Origin: Heterodontus francisci
Lineage: Eukaryota
Reading direction: 5' to 3'
Length of the DNA stretch: 64,000 nt
Assembly (NCBI RefSeq): GCF_036365525.1
Contig: NC_090378.1
Location: 119,211,593 to 119,275,592 of the forward strand
Shown here: positions 50,376 through 62,700 of the stretch, one piece after another
Layout of the letters: each line of letters opens with the position of its first letter
Numbering within the stretch: position 1 is the stretch's first letter
Program-made: the position numbers and the translations under genes
Notes under the pieces: model-generated
What the model was told of the DNA's origin: nothing
Database searches by the model: none
Seen by the model: the letters and a program-made list of their open reading frames with translations, nothing else

Positions 50376-50910
50376 ATCGACCTGAACTCGACCCAAAGAC
50401 AAAGCAACTGAGAGTCTCCCCAAAACCCTGGAACACTGAAGCCACTGGATTGGGAGCCCTGCTGTCACTGTTTGTCATCAGAACTTTGACGAGATAAGCA
50501 GGGAGTGGACAGAACAGAGTTAAAGCTGGGGAAGGGGGAACCTCGGTGTCTCACTGTGCTGGTGCTGAGATCAGTTATATCAGAGACTGTGACAGAGACC
50601 CAGAGCTCACACTGAGACTGGCAGGAGTCTAGTGAGGGATTTCACTCCATGGAGCAGGAATGTGACCACAGTCTGCAAACGTCCAGATCTCCTCTACACA
50701 CTCGGTAAATGTTGGTTGCTTATATCTTGCTGGTTAAAGGGGGAATGTAACTAAAGAAATACAGCTGGGCACCCTGTTATACACAGTGCTCTTCAATGAA
50801 CCATTTCATTGACTGCAGCTCCTTACTAACACCTTCCACTATTCAGCATTTGTGTTTTAGAATGTTTCAGTATTTAAAGGATTAATAACGGAGGATTGAG
50901 GTTTACTTAC

Positions 50911-50945
50911 TCAGTCTGAGCTTGGTTCCTTTACCGAACGTTAAC
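50911..50945 (-). CDS. IGKJ: Immunoglobulin kappa-type J segment (LTFGKGTKLRL+S), unrearranged
   Basis: FGxG motif; donor A|GTAAGT, phase 1, splices in frame to the C exon (A+GC = Ser); adjacent RSS. Confidence 0.96.
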
Positions 50946-50984
50946 CACACTGACAGCTTCCAGTGCAGGGGCTGTACAATATCC
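50946..50984 (+). promoter_or_regulatory. Recombination signal sequence with 23-bp spacer: CACACTG-23-ACAATATCC
   Basis: Heptamer 50946-50952 (6/7), spacer 50953-50975, nonamer 50976-50984 (7/9). A 23-RSS on J is the kappa configuration. Confidence 0.92.
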
Positions 50985-51585
50985 TCTGCTCTCTGTTTCA
51001 CTCACTCACTCTCACCCTCTCTCTGTCTTTCACTGTCACTGTGTCTTTCTCTCTGTCACTCTTTGCCTGTGTGTATGTGTGTCTCTGTCTCTCACACTCT
51101 CTCCATATATATATATTTGTATCTGTCTCTATGTGTGCTTCTGTCTGTCTCTGTCTGTGTGTGTCGTTCACAGAGTGTTGCACTCTGTCTCTGCTACTTT
51201 GGGTTTCTCTCACATTCTGTCTCTCTCTCATTGTTTTCTCTCACTCTGTCTCTTTCACTCTCTCATTATGTCCCTCTCTCTCACTCCCTGTTACTCTGTC
51301 TCTGTCACACGCTCTCTCTCTCTCACACTCTCTCTCAATCTGTCTCTCTCTTTCTCTCACTCACTGTCTCTCTTTCTCACTCTCTCTCACTCTCTCTCTC
51401 TTTCTCACTCTCACTATCTCATTCAGTCTCACTCTGTCTCTATTTTTCTCCCTCTCGCTGTCTTTCTCTTTCTCTCTCTCTCACTCTCACACTTTGTCTC
51501 TCTTTCTCACTCTGTCTCTCTTTTTCTCCCTCTCACTCTCTCTCTCTTTCTCTCTCTCTCACTTTCTCTCTCTCTGTCTCTCACA
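50985..51585. repeat. Degenerate (TC)n microsatellite abutting the J RSS
   Basis: Direct observation. Confidence 0.95.
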
Positions 51586-52400
51586 GACTGGGATGAATTC
51601 TCCCGGTGCCATGGAGACGGGGATCTCATTTGGAGGTTGGGCAGGACTGGGAAAAATACGACGAGCCGTGTCAACATGGCTCCCTGACACATTCCCGCCT
51701 CCGGGTTACTTTCCCATGGGTGTACTGGGAACCGGTCATCTGCTGGCTCCATGGAGATGGGCAGACAATTAGAGCAATGAAGTTCACATTTAGGGGCCAT
51801 TTTTGAGCCGGTGCTGGTATTTTACCAACGTCGGAGCGGCCTCCCCACCCCCGAGTGTGGAGGCCGCCAGTTCAATGGAGGAGCCCTCCCGGCAGCAGGC
51901 CAGGGGACCATCGGAGACGGAGACTCTATGTCCCAATGACAGAGCTACAGGGATGAAAAGCTGCAGTCCCGCCTGTGAATAATCCTGTGGAGGAGTTTCC
52001 TAACCCTAACCCTCTTCAACCTGATGGCCCAACTGGCTTCAGCCCTTTGTATTTTACTATTCCTCTGCAGGCAGCCGAGGGCGTCTCCATGTTGAGGGGC
52101 CCTCACTCTCGCCTGCCTGTTTCAGCAGGGCCCACCTCTCCCGGTGGAGCTGCCAGCCTGACATCACTGTGGGCCCTCTGATTGGGCCTGCAGGCTCGGG
52201 AGCCTGACCGCCATCATTAATAGGACAGTGAGTGTGGAGGTGACCAATTAGGAGGCTGCCTCCCAGAAAGTTGCTCCGGCGAGTGCTGATGACATGGGCA
52301 GGCTCGGGACCCTCATACAGGCCAGACGTCAGAGTCCCAATGTCCACTGGGCCAACCAGCCATCTCTCTCTCTCACGCTGTCCCTCTTGTGCTCTTTCCC

Positions 52401-52559
52401 NNNNNNNNNNNNNNNNNNNNNNNNNNNNNNNNNNNNNNNNNNNNNNNNNNNNNNNNNNNNNNNNNNNNNNNNNNNNNNNNNNNNNNNNNNNNNNNNNNNN
52501 NNNNNNNNNNNNNNNNNNNNNNNNNNNNNNNNNNNNNNNNNNNNNNNNNNNNNNNNNNN
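52401..52559. other. Assembly gap (159 N) between TC-rich flanks
   Basis: Run of N. Confidence 1.
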
Positions 52560-52654
52560 CCCCCAATATCTCTCTTTCTGTCATTCTCTCTCTCCCACTG
52601 TCTCTGTTTCTCTCTCTCTCCTACTGTCTCTGCTTCACTCTCTCTCTCTGTTTG

Positions 52655-53300
52655 AATTCCATGCCGCCGTGCTTGGGAAAGTTGGGAATTCTACTTGTCG
52701 ATGATAAATCTTCCAGCTGCTCTTCCCACCACATCAGATGGAAAAACCTGGAGCCACTCAATTCCTGGAAAATGAAAATCTCCCAGCAAACCGAGCTCAC
52801 CTGCCTGTGCCCTGGAAAAAAGGGGAGGAGTGTTTCTGTAAATGTGATGTTTCTGTTGCTGACTCTGGTCTTCCTCATGGACCATTTGAAAACAGTGAGT
52901 TTCAGAGTCGGTGGATCATGTCTACATGGAGTGGGAGAGGTTGTGGCCCCTGTTCCATTATTTGAAGGGGCTGCTCCTCATCCTCTGGTTCTAATTCAGG
53001 CCCACGCTCCTGATCTTTGGCCACCCAGTGCAGAGGGGAGTGGGCAGGTTGGAGGCCCCTCCTCGTGGGTCTGCTCCTGGGCCTGGCCAAGGTGTCCATC
53101 CACTGGCCCGAGTTGGATGGGACCCATGGGGGTGGTGCCACTGGCTGCCAGTCTATCTACCACGGCTTTGTCCCCACCCGGGTGGCCCTGGAGAAGGAGC
53201 AGGGGGTGTCTGCTGGGTCACTTGAGGCCTTCAGGCTGCAGTGGGCACCACAGGGACAGGAGTGTGTAGTGGATAGTGAAAATAACATCAGGCTTTAATT
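52655..53300 (+). mobile_element. Tx1-type ORF2 3' fragment
   Basis: LLVGLLLGLAKVSIH..RVALEKEQGVSAGSLEAFRLQWAPQG, homologous to 33400-33680. Confidence 0.85.
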
Positions 53301-53774
53301 TGTTCAGTTTGCTTTCTATTTATGATTTCAGTTTTATTCATTTCGACACTTTTCTAAATTGGATTTTGATTGGTGAAAATTGTGTCAAGCAGATAGTCCA
53401 ATCAGATGAGAAGAAACCTGTTTCCATAGTAACTGACCTGGGGTGTCTGACCAGGGGTGGGGGGTCAATAATAATGATCAATAATTAGTCTGTGCTCATG
53501 AAGCGACTCCACCAGAACCCAGAGAGAATCGAATGAAGCAAAATGTCAAATCTCCAGAGCTGTGAGATTCTCACTGATGAAGACAGCAGCTCCTCGTCCT
53601 CTCTAAACTCCTCCATCCTTTCCCAATTCCTCACACCGTTCAGGGGAATGTTTCTGTCAACACTCTCATCGACACATGTGGCAGCACTGCACAAAACAGG
53701 AAATATTTCCCAGATATATAAGACTGGAGATTGAAGCAACTGTTTTAATACACCGTCTGCTTATTAGATAATAA

Positions 53775-56700
53775 ATATAACTGTGGGATGTGTCAGTACA
53801 GGAGGTGGGACTGTGTGTCCATTATTATATATTATATATAACTGTGGGATGTGTCAGTACAGGAGGTGGGACTGTGTGTCCATTATTATATATTTTATAT
53901 AACTGTGGGTTGTGTCAGTACAGGAGGTGGGACTGTGTGTCCATTATTATATATTATATAAAACTGTGGGATGTGTCAGTACAGGAGGTGGGACTGTGTG
54001 TCCATTATTATATATTATATAAAACTGTGGGTTGTGTCAGTGCAGGAGGTGGGACTGTGTTTCCATTATGATATATTATATATAACTGTGGGTTGTGTCA
54101 GTACAGGAGGTGGGACTGTGTGTCCATTATTATATATTTTATATAACTGTGAGATGTGTCAGTACAGGAGGTGGGACTGTGTGTCCATTATTATATATTA
54201 TATAAAACTGTGGGTTGTGTCAGTTCAGGAGGTGGGACTGTGTTTCCATTATTATATATTATATCTAACTGTGGGTTGTGTCAGTACAGGAGGTGGGACT
54301 GTGTGTCCATTATTATATATTATATATAACTGTGGGATGTGTCAGTACAGGAAGTGGGAATGTGTGTCCATTATTATATATTATATATAACTGTGGGACG
54401 TGTCAGTACAGGAGGTGGGACTGTGTGTCCATTATTATATATTATATCTAACTGTGGGATGTGTCAGTACAGGAAGTGGGAATGTGTGTCCATTGTCATA
54501 TATTATTTTATACTGTGGGATGTTTCAGTTCAGGAGGTGGGAATGTGTATCCATTATTATATATTATATATAACTGTGGGACGTGTCAGTACAGGAAGTG
54601 GGAATGTGTATCCATTATTACATATTATATATAACTGTGGGACGTGTCAGTGCAGGAAGTGGGAATGTATATCCATTATTATATATTATATATAACTGTG
54701 GGATGTGTCAGTGCAGGAGGTGGGACTGTGTATCCATTATTATATATTATATATAACTGTGGGACGTGTCAGTACAGGAATGGGGAATGTGTATCCATTA
54801 TTATATATTATTCTTTACTGAGGGATGTGTCAGTACAGGAGGTGGGACTGTGTATCCATTATTATATTTTATATATTACTGTGGGATGTGTCGGTGCAGG
54901 AGGTGGGACTGTGTATCCATTATTATATATAATTTTTTACTGTGGGACGTGTCAGTCCAGGAAGTGGGAATGTGTATCCATTATTATATATTATATAAAA
55001 CTGTGGGATGTGTCGGTGCAGGAGGTGGGACTGTGTATCCATTATTATATATTATTTTTTACTGTGGGATGTGTCAGTACAGGAGGTGGGAATGTGTATC
55101 CATTATTATATATTATATATTACTGTGGGACGTGTCGGTGCAGGAGGTGGGACTGTGTATCCATTATTATATATTATATATAACTGTGGGATGTGTCAGT
55201 ACAGGAGGTGGGACTGTGTGTCCATTATTGTATATTTTATATAACTGTGAGATGTGTCAGTACAGGAGGTGGGACTGTGTGTCCATTATGATATATTATA
55301 TAAAACTGTGGGTTGTGTCAGTGCAGGAGGTGGGACTGTGTTTCCATTATGATATATTATATATAACTGTGGGTTGTGTCAGTACAGGAGGTGGGACTGT
55401 GTATCCATTATTATATATTATATAAAACTGTGGGATGTGTCGGTGCAGGAGGTGGGACTGTGTATCCATTATTATATATTATTTTTTACTGTGGGATGTG
55501 TCAGTACAGGAGGTGGGAATGTGTATCCATTATTATATATTATATATTACTGTGGGACGTGTCGGTGCAGGAGGTGGGACTGTGTATCCATTATTATATA
55601 TTATATATAACTGTGGGATGTGTCAGTACAGGAGGTGGGACTGTGTGTCCATTATTGTATATTTTATATAACTGTGAGATGTGTCAGTACAGGAGGTGGG
55701 ACTGTGTGTCCATTATTATATATTATATATAACTGTGGGATGTGTCAGTCCAGGAGGTGGGACTGTGTGTCCATTATTCTATATTATATATAACTGTGGG
55801 ATGTGTCAGTACAGGAGGTGGGACTGTGTGTCCATTATTATATATTTTATATAACTGTGGGACGTGTCAGTACAGGAAGTGGGAATGTGTGTCCATTGTT
55901 ATATATTATTTTTTACTGTGGGATGTTTCAGTTCAGGAAGTGGGAATGTGTATCCATTATTACATATTATATATAACTGTGAGACGTGTCAGTACAGGAG
56001 GTGGGACTGTGTGTCCATTATTATATATTTTATATAACTGTGAGATGTGTCAGTACAGGAGGTGGGACTGTGTGTCCATTATGATATATTATATAAAACT
56101 GTGGGTTGTGTCAGTTCAGGAGGTGGGACTGTGTTTCCATTATGATATATTATATATAACTGTGGGTTGTGTCAGTACAGGAGGTGGGACTGTGTGTCCA
56201 TTATTATATATTATATATAACTGTGGGACGTGTCAGTACAGGAAGTGGGAATGTGTGTCCATTGTTATATATTATTTTTTACTGTGGGATGTTTCAGTTC
56301 AGGAAGTGGGAATGTGTATCCATTATTACATATTATATATAACTGTGGGATGTGTCAGTGCAGGAGGTGGGATTGTGTATCCATTATTATATTTTATATA
56401 TTACTGTGGGATGTGTCGGTGCAGGAGGTGGGACTGTGTGTCCATTATTATATATTATATATAACTGTGGGATGTGTCAGTACAGCAATTGGGAATGTGT
56501 GTCCAATATTATATATTATATATAACTGTGGGATGTGTCAGTGCAGGAGGTGGGACTGTGTGTCCATTATTATATGTTATATATAAATGTGGGACGTGTC
56601 AGTACAGGAGGTGGGACTGTGTGTCCATTATTATATATTATATATAACTGTGGGACGTGTCAGTGCAGGAGGCGTGACTGTGTGTCCATTATTATATATT

Positions 56701-59700
56701 ATATATAACTGTGGGATGTGTCAGTACAGGAGGTGGGACTGTGTGTCCATTATTATATATTATCTCTAACTGTGGGATGTATCAGTGCAGGAGGCGTGAC
56801 TGTGTGTCCATTATTATATATTTCTCTAACTGTGGGACGTGTCAGTACAGGAATTGGGAATGTGTATCCATTATTATATATTATATATAACTGTGGGACG
56901 TGTCAGTACAGGAAGTGGGAATGTGTATCCATTATTACATATTATATATAACTGTGGGATGTGTCAGTGCAGGAGGTGGGACTGTGTGTCCATTATTATA
57001 TATTATATATAACTGTGGGATGTGTCAGTACAGGAAGTGGGAATGTGTATCCATTATTACATATATATAACTGTGGGATGTGTCAGTGCAGGAGGTGGGA
57101 CTGTGTATCCATTATTATATTTTATATATTACTGTGGGATGTGTCAGTGCAGGAGGTGGGAATGTGTATCCATTATTATATATTATTTTTTACTGTGGGA
57201 TGTGTCAGTACAGGAGGTGGGATTGTGTATCCATTATTATATGTTATATATAACTGTGGGATGTATCAGTACAGGAGGTGGGATTGTGTATCCATTATTA
57301 TATGTTATATATAACTGTGGGATGTGTCAGTGCAGGAGGTGGGACTGTGTATCCATTATTATATATTATTTTTTACTGTGGGATGTGTCAGTACAGGAGG
57401 TGGGAATGTGTATCCATTATTATATATTATATATTACTGTGGGATGTGTCGGTGCAGGAGGTGGGACTGTGTATCCATTATTATATATTATTTTTTACTG
57501 TGGGATGTGTCAGTACAGGAGGTGGGAATGTGTATCCATTATTATATGTTATATATAACTGTGGGATGTGTCAGTGCAGGAGGTGGGACTGTGTATCCAT
57601 TATTATATATTATTTTTTACTGTGGGATGTGTCAGTACAGGAGGTGGGAATGTGTATCCATTATTATATATTATATATTACTGTGGGATGTGTCGGTGCA
57701 GGAGGTGGGACTGTGTATCCATTATTATATATTATTTTTTACTGTGGGATGTGTCAGTACAGGAGGTGGGAATGTGTATCCATTATTATATATTATATAT
57801 TACTGTGGGATGTGTCGGTGCAGGAGGTGGGACTGTGTATCCATTATTATATATTATTTTTTACTGTGGGATGTGTCAGTGCAGGAGGTGGGAATGTGTA
57901 TCCATTATTATATATTATATATAACTGTGGGATGTGTCGGTGCAGGAGGTGGGACTGTGTATCCATTATTATATATTATATATAACTGTGGGATGTGTCA
58001 GTACAGGAGGTGGGAATGTGTATCCATTATTATATATTATATATTACTGTGGGACGTGTCGGTGCAGGAGGTGGGACTGTGTATCCATTATTATATATTA
58101 TATATAACTGTGGGATGTGTCAGTACAGGAGGTGGGACTGTGTGTCCATTATTGTATATTTTATATAACTGTGAGATGTGTCAGTACAGGAGGTGGGACT
58201 GTGTGTCCATTATTATATATTATATAAAACTGTGGGTTGTGTCAGTGCAGGAGGTGGGACTGTGGTTCCATTATGATATATTATATATAACTGTGGGTTG
58301 TGTCAGTACAGGAGGTGGGACTGTGTGTCCATTATTATATATTTTATATAACTGTGAGATGTGTCAGTACAGGAGGTGGGACTGTGTGTCCATTATGATA
58401 TATTATATAAAACTGTGGGTTGTGTCAGTTCAGGAGGTGGGACTGTGGTTCCATTATGATATATTATATATAACTGTGGGTTGTGTCAGTACAGGAGGTG
58501 GGACTGTGTGTCCATTATTGTATATTTTATATAACTGTGAGATGTGTCTGTACAGGAGGTGGGAATGTGTATCCATTATTATATATTATTTTTTACTGTG
58601 GGACGTGTCTGTACAGGAGGTGGAAATGTGTATCCATTATTATATATTATCTTTAACTGTGGGATGTGTCAGTGCAGGAGGTGGGACTGTGTGTCCATTA
58701 TTATATATTATATATAACTGTGGGATGTGTCAGTGCAGGAGGTGGGACTGTGTATCCATTATTATATATTATTGTTTACTGTGGGATGTGTCAGTACAGA
58801 AGGTGGGAATGTGTATCCATTATTATATGTTATATATAACTGTGGGATGTGTCAGTGCAGGAGGTGGGACTGTGCGTCCATTATTATATATTATATATAA
58901 CTGTGGGACGTGTCAGTACAGGAAGTGGGAATGTGTGTCCATTGTTATATATTATTTTTTACTGTGGGATGTTTCAGTACAGGCAGTGGGAATGTGTATC
59001 CATTATTATATATTATCTTTAACTGTGGGATGTGTCAGTGCAGGAGGTGGGACTGTGTGTCCATTATTATATATTTTATATAACTGTGAGATGTGTCAGT
59101 ACAGGAGGTGGGACTGTGTGTCCATTATGATATATTATATAAAACTGTGGGTTGTGTCAGTTCAGGAGGTGGGACTGTGTTTCCATTATGATATATTATA
59201 TATAACTGTGGGTTGTGTCAGTACAGGAGGTGGGACTGTGTGTCCATTATTGTATATTTTATATAACTGTGAGATGTGTCAGTACAGGAGGTGGGACTGT
59301 GTGTCCATTATTATATATTATATAAAACTGTGGGTTGTGTCAGTGCAGGAGGTGGGACTGTGGTTCCATTATGATATATTATATATAACTGTGGGTTGTG
59401 TCAGTACAGGAGGTGGGACTGTGTGTCCATTATTATATATTTTATATAACTGTGAGATGTGTCAGTACAGGAGGTGGGACTGTGTGTCCATTATGATATA
59501 TTATATAAAACTGTGGGTTGTGTCAGTTCAGGAGGTGGGACTGTGTTTCCATTATGATATATTATATATAACTGTGGGTTGTGTCAGTACAGGAGGTGGG
59601 ACTGTGTGTCCATTATTATATATTATATATAACTGTGGGACGTGTCAGTACAGGAAGTGGGAATGTGTGTCCATTGTTATATATTATTTTTTACTGTGGG

Positions 59701-62700
59701 ATGTTTCAGTACAGGAGGTGGGAATGTGTATCCATTATTATATATTATATGTAACTGTGGGACGTGTCAGTGCAGGAAGTGGGACAGTGTATCCATTATT
59801 ATATATTATATATAACTGTGGGACGTGTCAGTACAGGAAGTGGGAATGTGTGTCCATTGTTATATATTATTTTTTACTGTGGGATGTGTCAGTACAGGAA
59901 GTGGGAATGTGTATCCATTATTACATATTATATATAACTGTGGGACGTGTCAGTGCAGGAAGTGGGACAGTGTATCCATTATTATATATTATATATAACT
60001 GTGGGTTGTGTCAGTACAGGAGGTGGGACTGTGTGTCCATTATTATATATTATATATAACTGTGGGACGTGTCAGTACAGGAAGTGGGAATGTGTGTCCA
60101 TTGTTATATATTATTTTTTACTGTGGGATGTGTCAGTACAGGAAGTGGGAATGTGTATCCATTATTACATATTATATATAACTGTGGGACGTGTCAGTGC
60201 AGGAAGTGGGACAGTGTATCCATTATTATATATTATATATAACTGTGGGATGTGTCAGTGCAGGAGGTGGGACTGTGTATCCATTATTATATATTATATA
60301 TAACTGTGGGATGTGTCAGTACAGGAGGAGGGACTGTGTGTCCATTATTGTATATTTTATATAACAGTGAGATGTGTCAGTACAGGAGGTGGGAATGTGT
60401 ATCCATTATTATATATTATTTTTTACTGTGGGACGTGTCTGTACAGGAGGTGGGAATGTGTATCCATTATTATATATTATATATCACTGTGGGATGTGTC
60501 AGTACAGGAGGAGGGACTGTGTGTCCATTATTGTATATTTTATATAACTGTGAGATGTGTCTGTACAGGAGGTGGGAATGTGTATCCATTATTATATATT
60601 ATTTTTTACTGTGGGACGTGTCTGTACAGGAGGTGGAAATGTGTATCCATTATTATATATTATCTTTAACTGTGGGATGTGTCAGTGCAGGAGGTGGGAC
60701 TGTGTGTCCATTATTATATATTTTATATAACTGTGAGATGTGTCAGTACAGGAGGTGGGACTGTGTGTCCATTATGATATATTATATAAAACTGTGGGTT
60801 GTGTCAGTTCAGGAGGTGGGACTGTGTTTCCATTATGATATATTATATATAACTGTGGGTTGTGTCAGTACAGGAGGTGGGACTGTGTGTCCATTATTAT
60901 ATATTATATATAACTGTGGGACGTGTCAGTACAGGAAGTGGGAATGTGTGTCCATTGTTATATATTATTTTTTACTGTGGGATGTTTCAGTACAGGAGGT
61001 GGGAATGTGTATCCATTATTATATATTATATGTAACTGTGGGACGTGTCAGTACAGGAAGTGGGAATGTGTATCCATTATTACATATTATATATAACTGT
61101 GGGACGTGTCAGTGCAGGAAGTGGGACAGTGTATCCATTATTATATATTATATATAACTGTGGGATGTGTCAGTGCAGGAGGTGGGACTGTGTATCCATT
61201 ATTATATATTATATATAACTGTGGGACATGTCAGTACAGGAATTGGGAATGTGTGTCCAATATTATATATTATATATAACTGTGGGATGTGTCAGTGCAG
61301 GAGGTGGGACTGTGTGTCCATTATTATATATTATATATAACTGTGGGACATGTCAGTACAGGAATTGGGAATGTGTGTCCAATATTATATATTATATATA
61401 ACTGTGGGATGTATCAGTACAGGAAGTGGGACTGTGTGTCCATTATTATATGTTATATATAAATGTGGGACGTGTCAGTACAGGAGGTGGGACTGTGTGT
61501 CCAATATTATATATTATATATAACTGTGGGACGTGTCAGTGCAGGAGGCGTGACTGTGTGTCCATTATTGTATATTATATATAACTGTGGGATGTGTCAG
61601 TACAGGAGGTGGGACTGTGTGTCCATTATTATATATTTCTCTAACTGTGGGACGTGTCAGTACAGGAAGTGGGAATGTGTATCCATTATTATATATTATA
61701 TATAACTGTGGGACGTGTCAGTACAGGAAGTGGGAATGTGTATCCATTATTACATATTATATATAACTGTGGGATGTGTCAGTGCAGGAGGTGGGACTGT
61801 GTATCCATTATTATATTTTATATATTACTGTGGGATGTGTCAGTGCAGGAGGTGGGAATGTGTATCCATTATTATATGTTATATATAACTGTGGGATGTG
61901 TCAGTGCAGGAGGTGGGACTGTGTGTCCATTATAATATATTATTTTTTACTGAGGGATGTGTCAGTACAGGAGGTGGGATTGTGTATCCATTATTATATA
62001 TTATATATAACTGTGGGATGTGTCGGTGCAGGAGGTGGGACTGTGTATCCATTATTATATATTATTTTTTACCGTGGGACGTGTCAGTCCAGGAAGTGGG
62101 AACGTGTATCCATTATTATATATTATATATAACTGTGGGATGTGTCGGTGCAGGAGGTGGGACTGTGTGTACATTATTATATATTATTTTTTACTGTGGG
62201 ATGTGTCAGTGCAGGAGGTGGGAATGTGTATCCATTATTATATATTATATATAAATGTGGGATGTGTCAGTGCAGGAGGTGGGAATGTGTATCCATTATT
62301 ATATATTATATATAACTGTGGGATGTGTCGGTGCAGGAGGTGGGACTGTGTATCCATTATTATATATTATTTTTTACTGTGGGATGTGTCGGTGCAGGAG
62401 GTGGGACTGTGTATCCATTATTATATATTATTTTTTACTGTGGGATGTGTCAGTACAGGAGGTGGGAATGTGTATCCATTATTATATATTATATATTACT
62501 GTGGGACGTGTCGGTGCAGGAGGTGAGACTGTGTATCCATTATTATATATTATATATAACTGTGGGATGTGTCAGTACAGGAGGTGGGACTGTGTGTCCA
62601 TTATTGTATATTTTATATAACTGTGAGATGTGTCAGTACAGGAGGTGGGACTGTGTGTCCATTATTATATATTATATAAAACTGTGGGTTGTGTCAGTGC

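Noticed and set aside
52165-52171. Perfect heptamer in V orientation upstream of J
   Set aside because: No nonamer and no V-like coding flank; lies in a probable dispersed repeat.
53673-53700. CACATGT..ACAAAACAG as a V RSS
   Set aside because: Poor heptamer, 11-bp spacer, and no adjacent V exon (no YYC or WYxQ).
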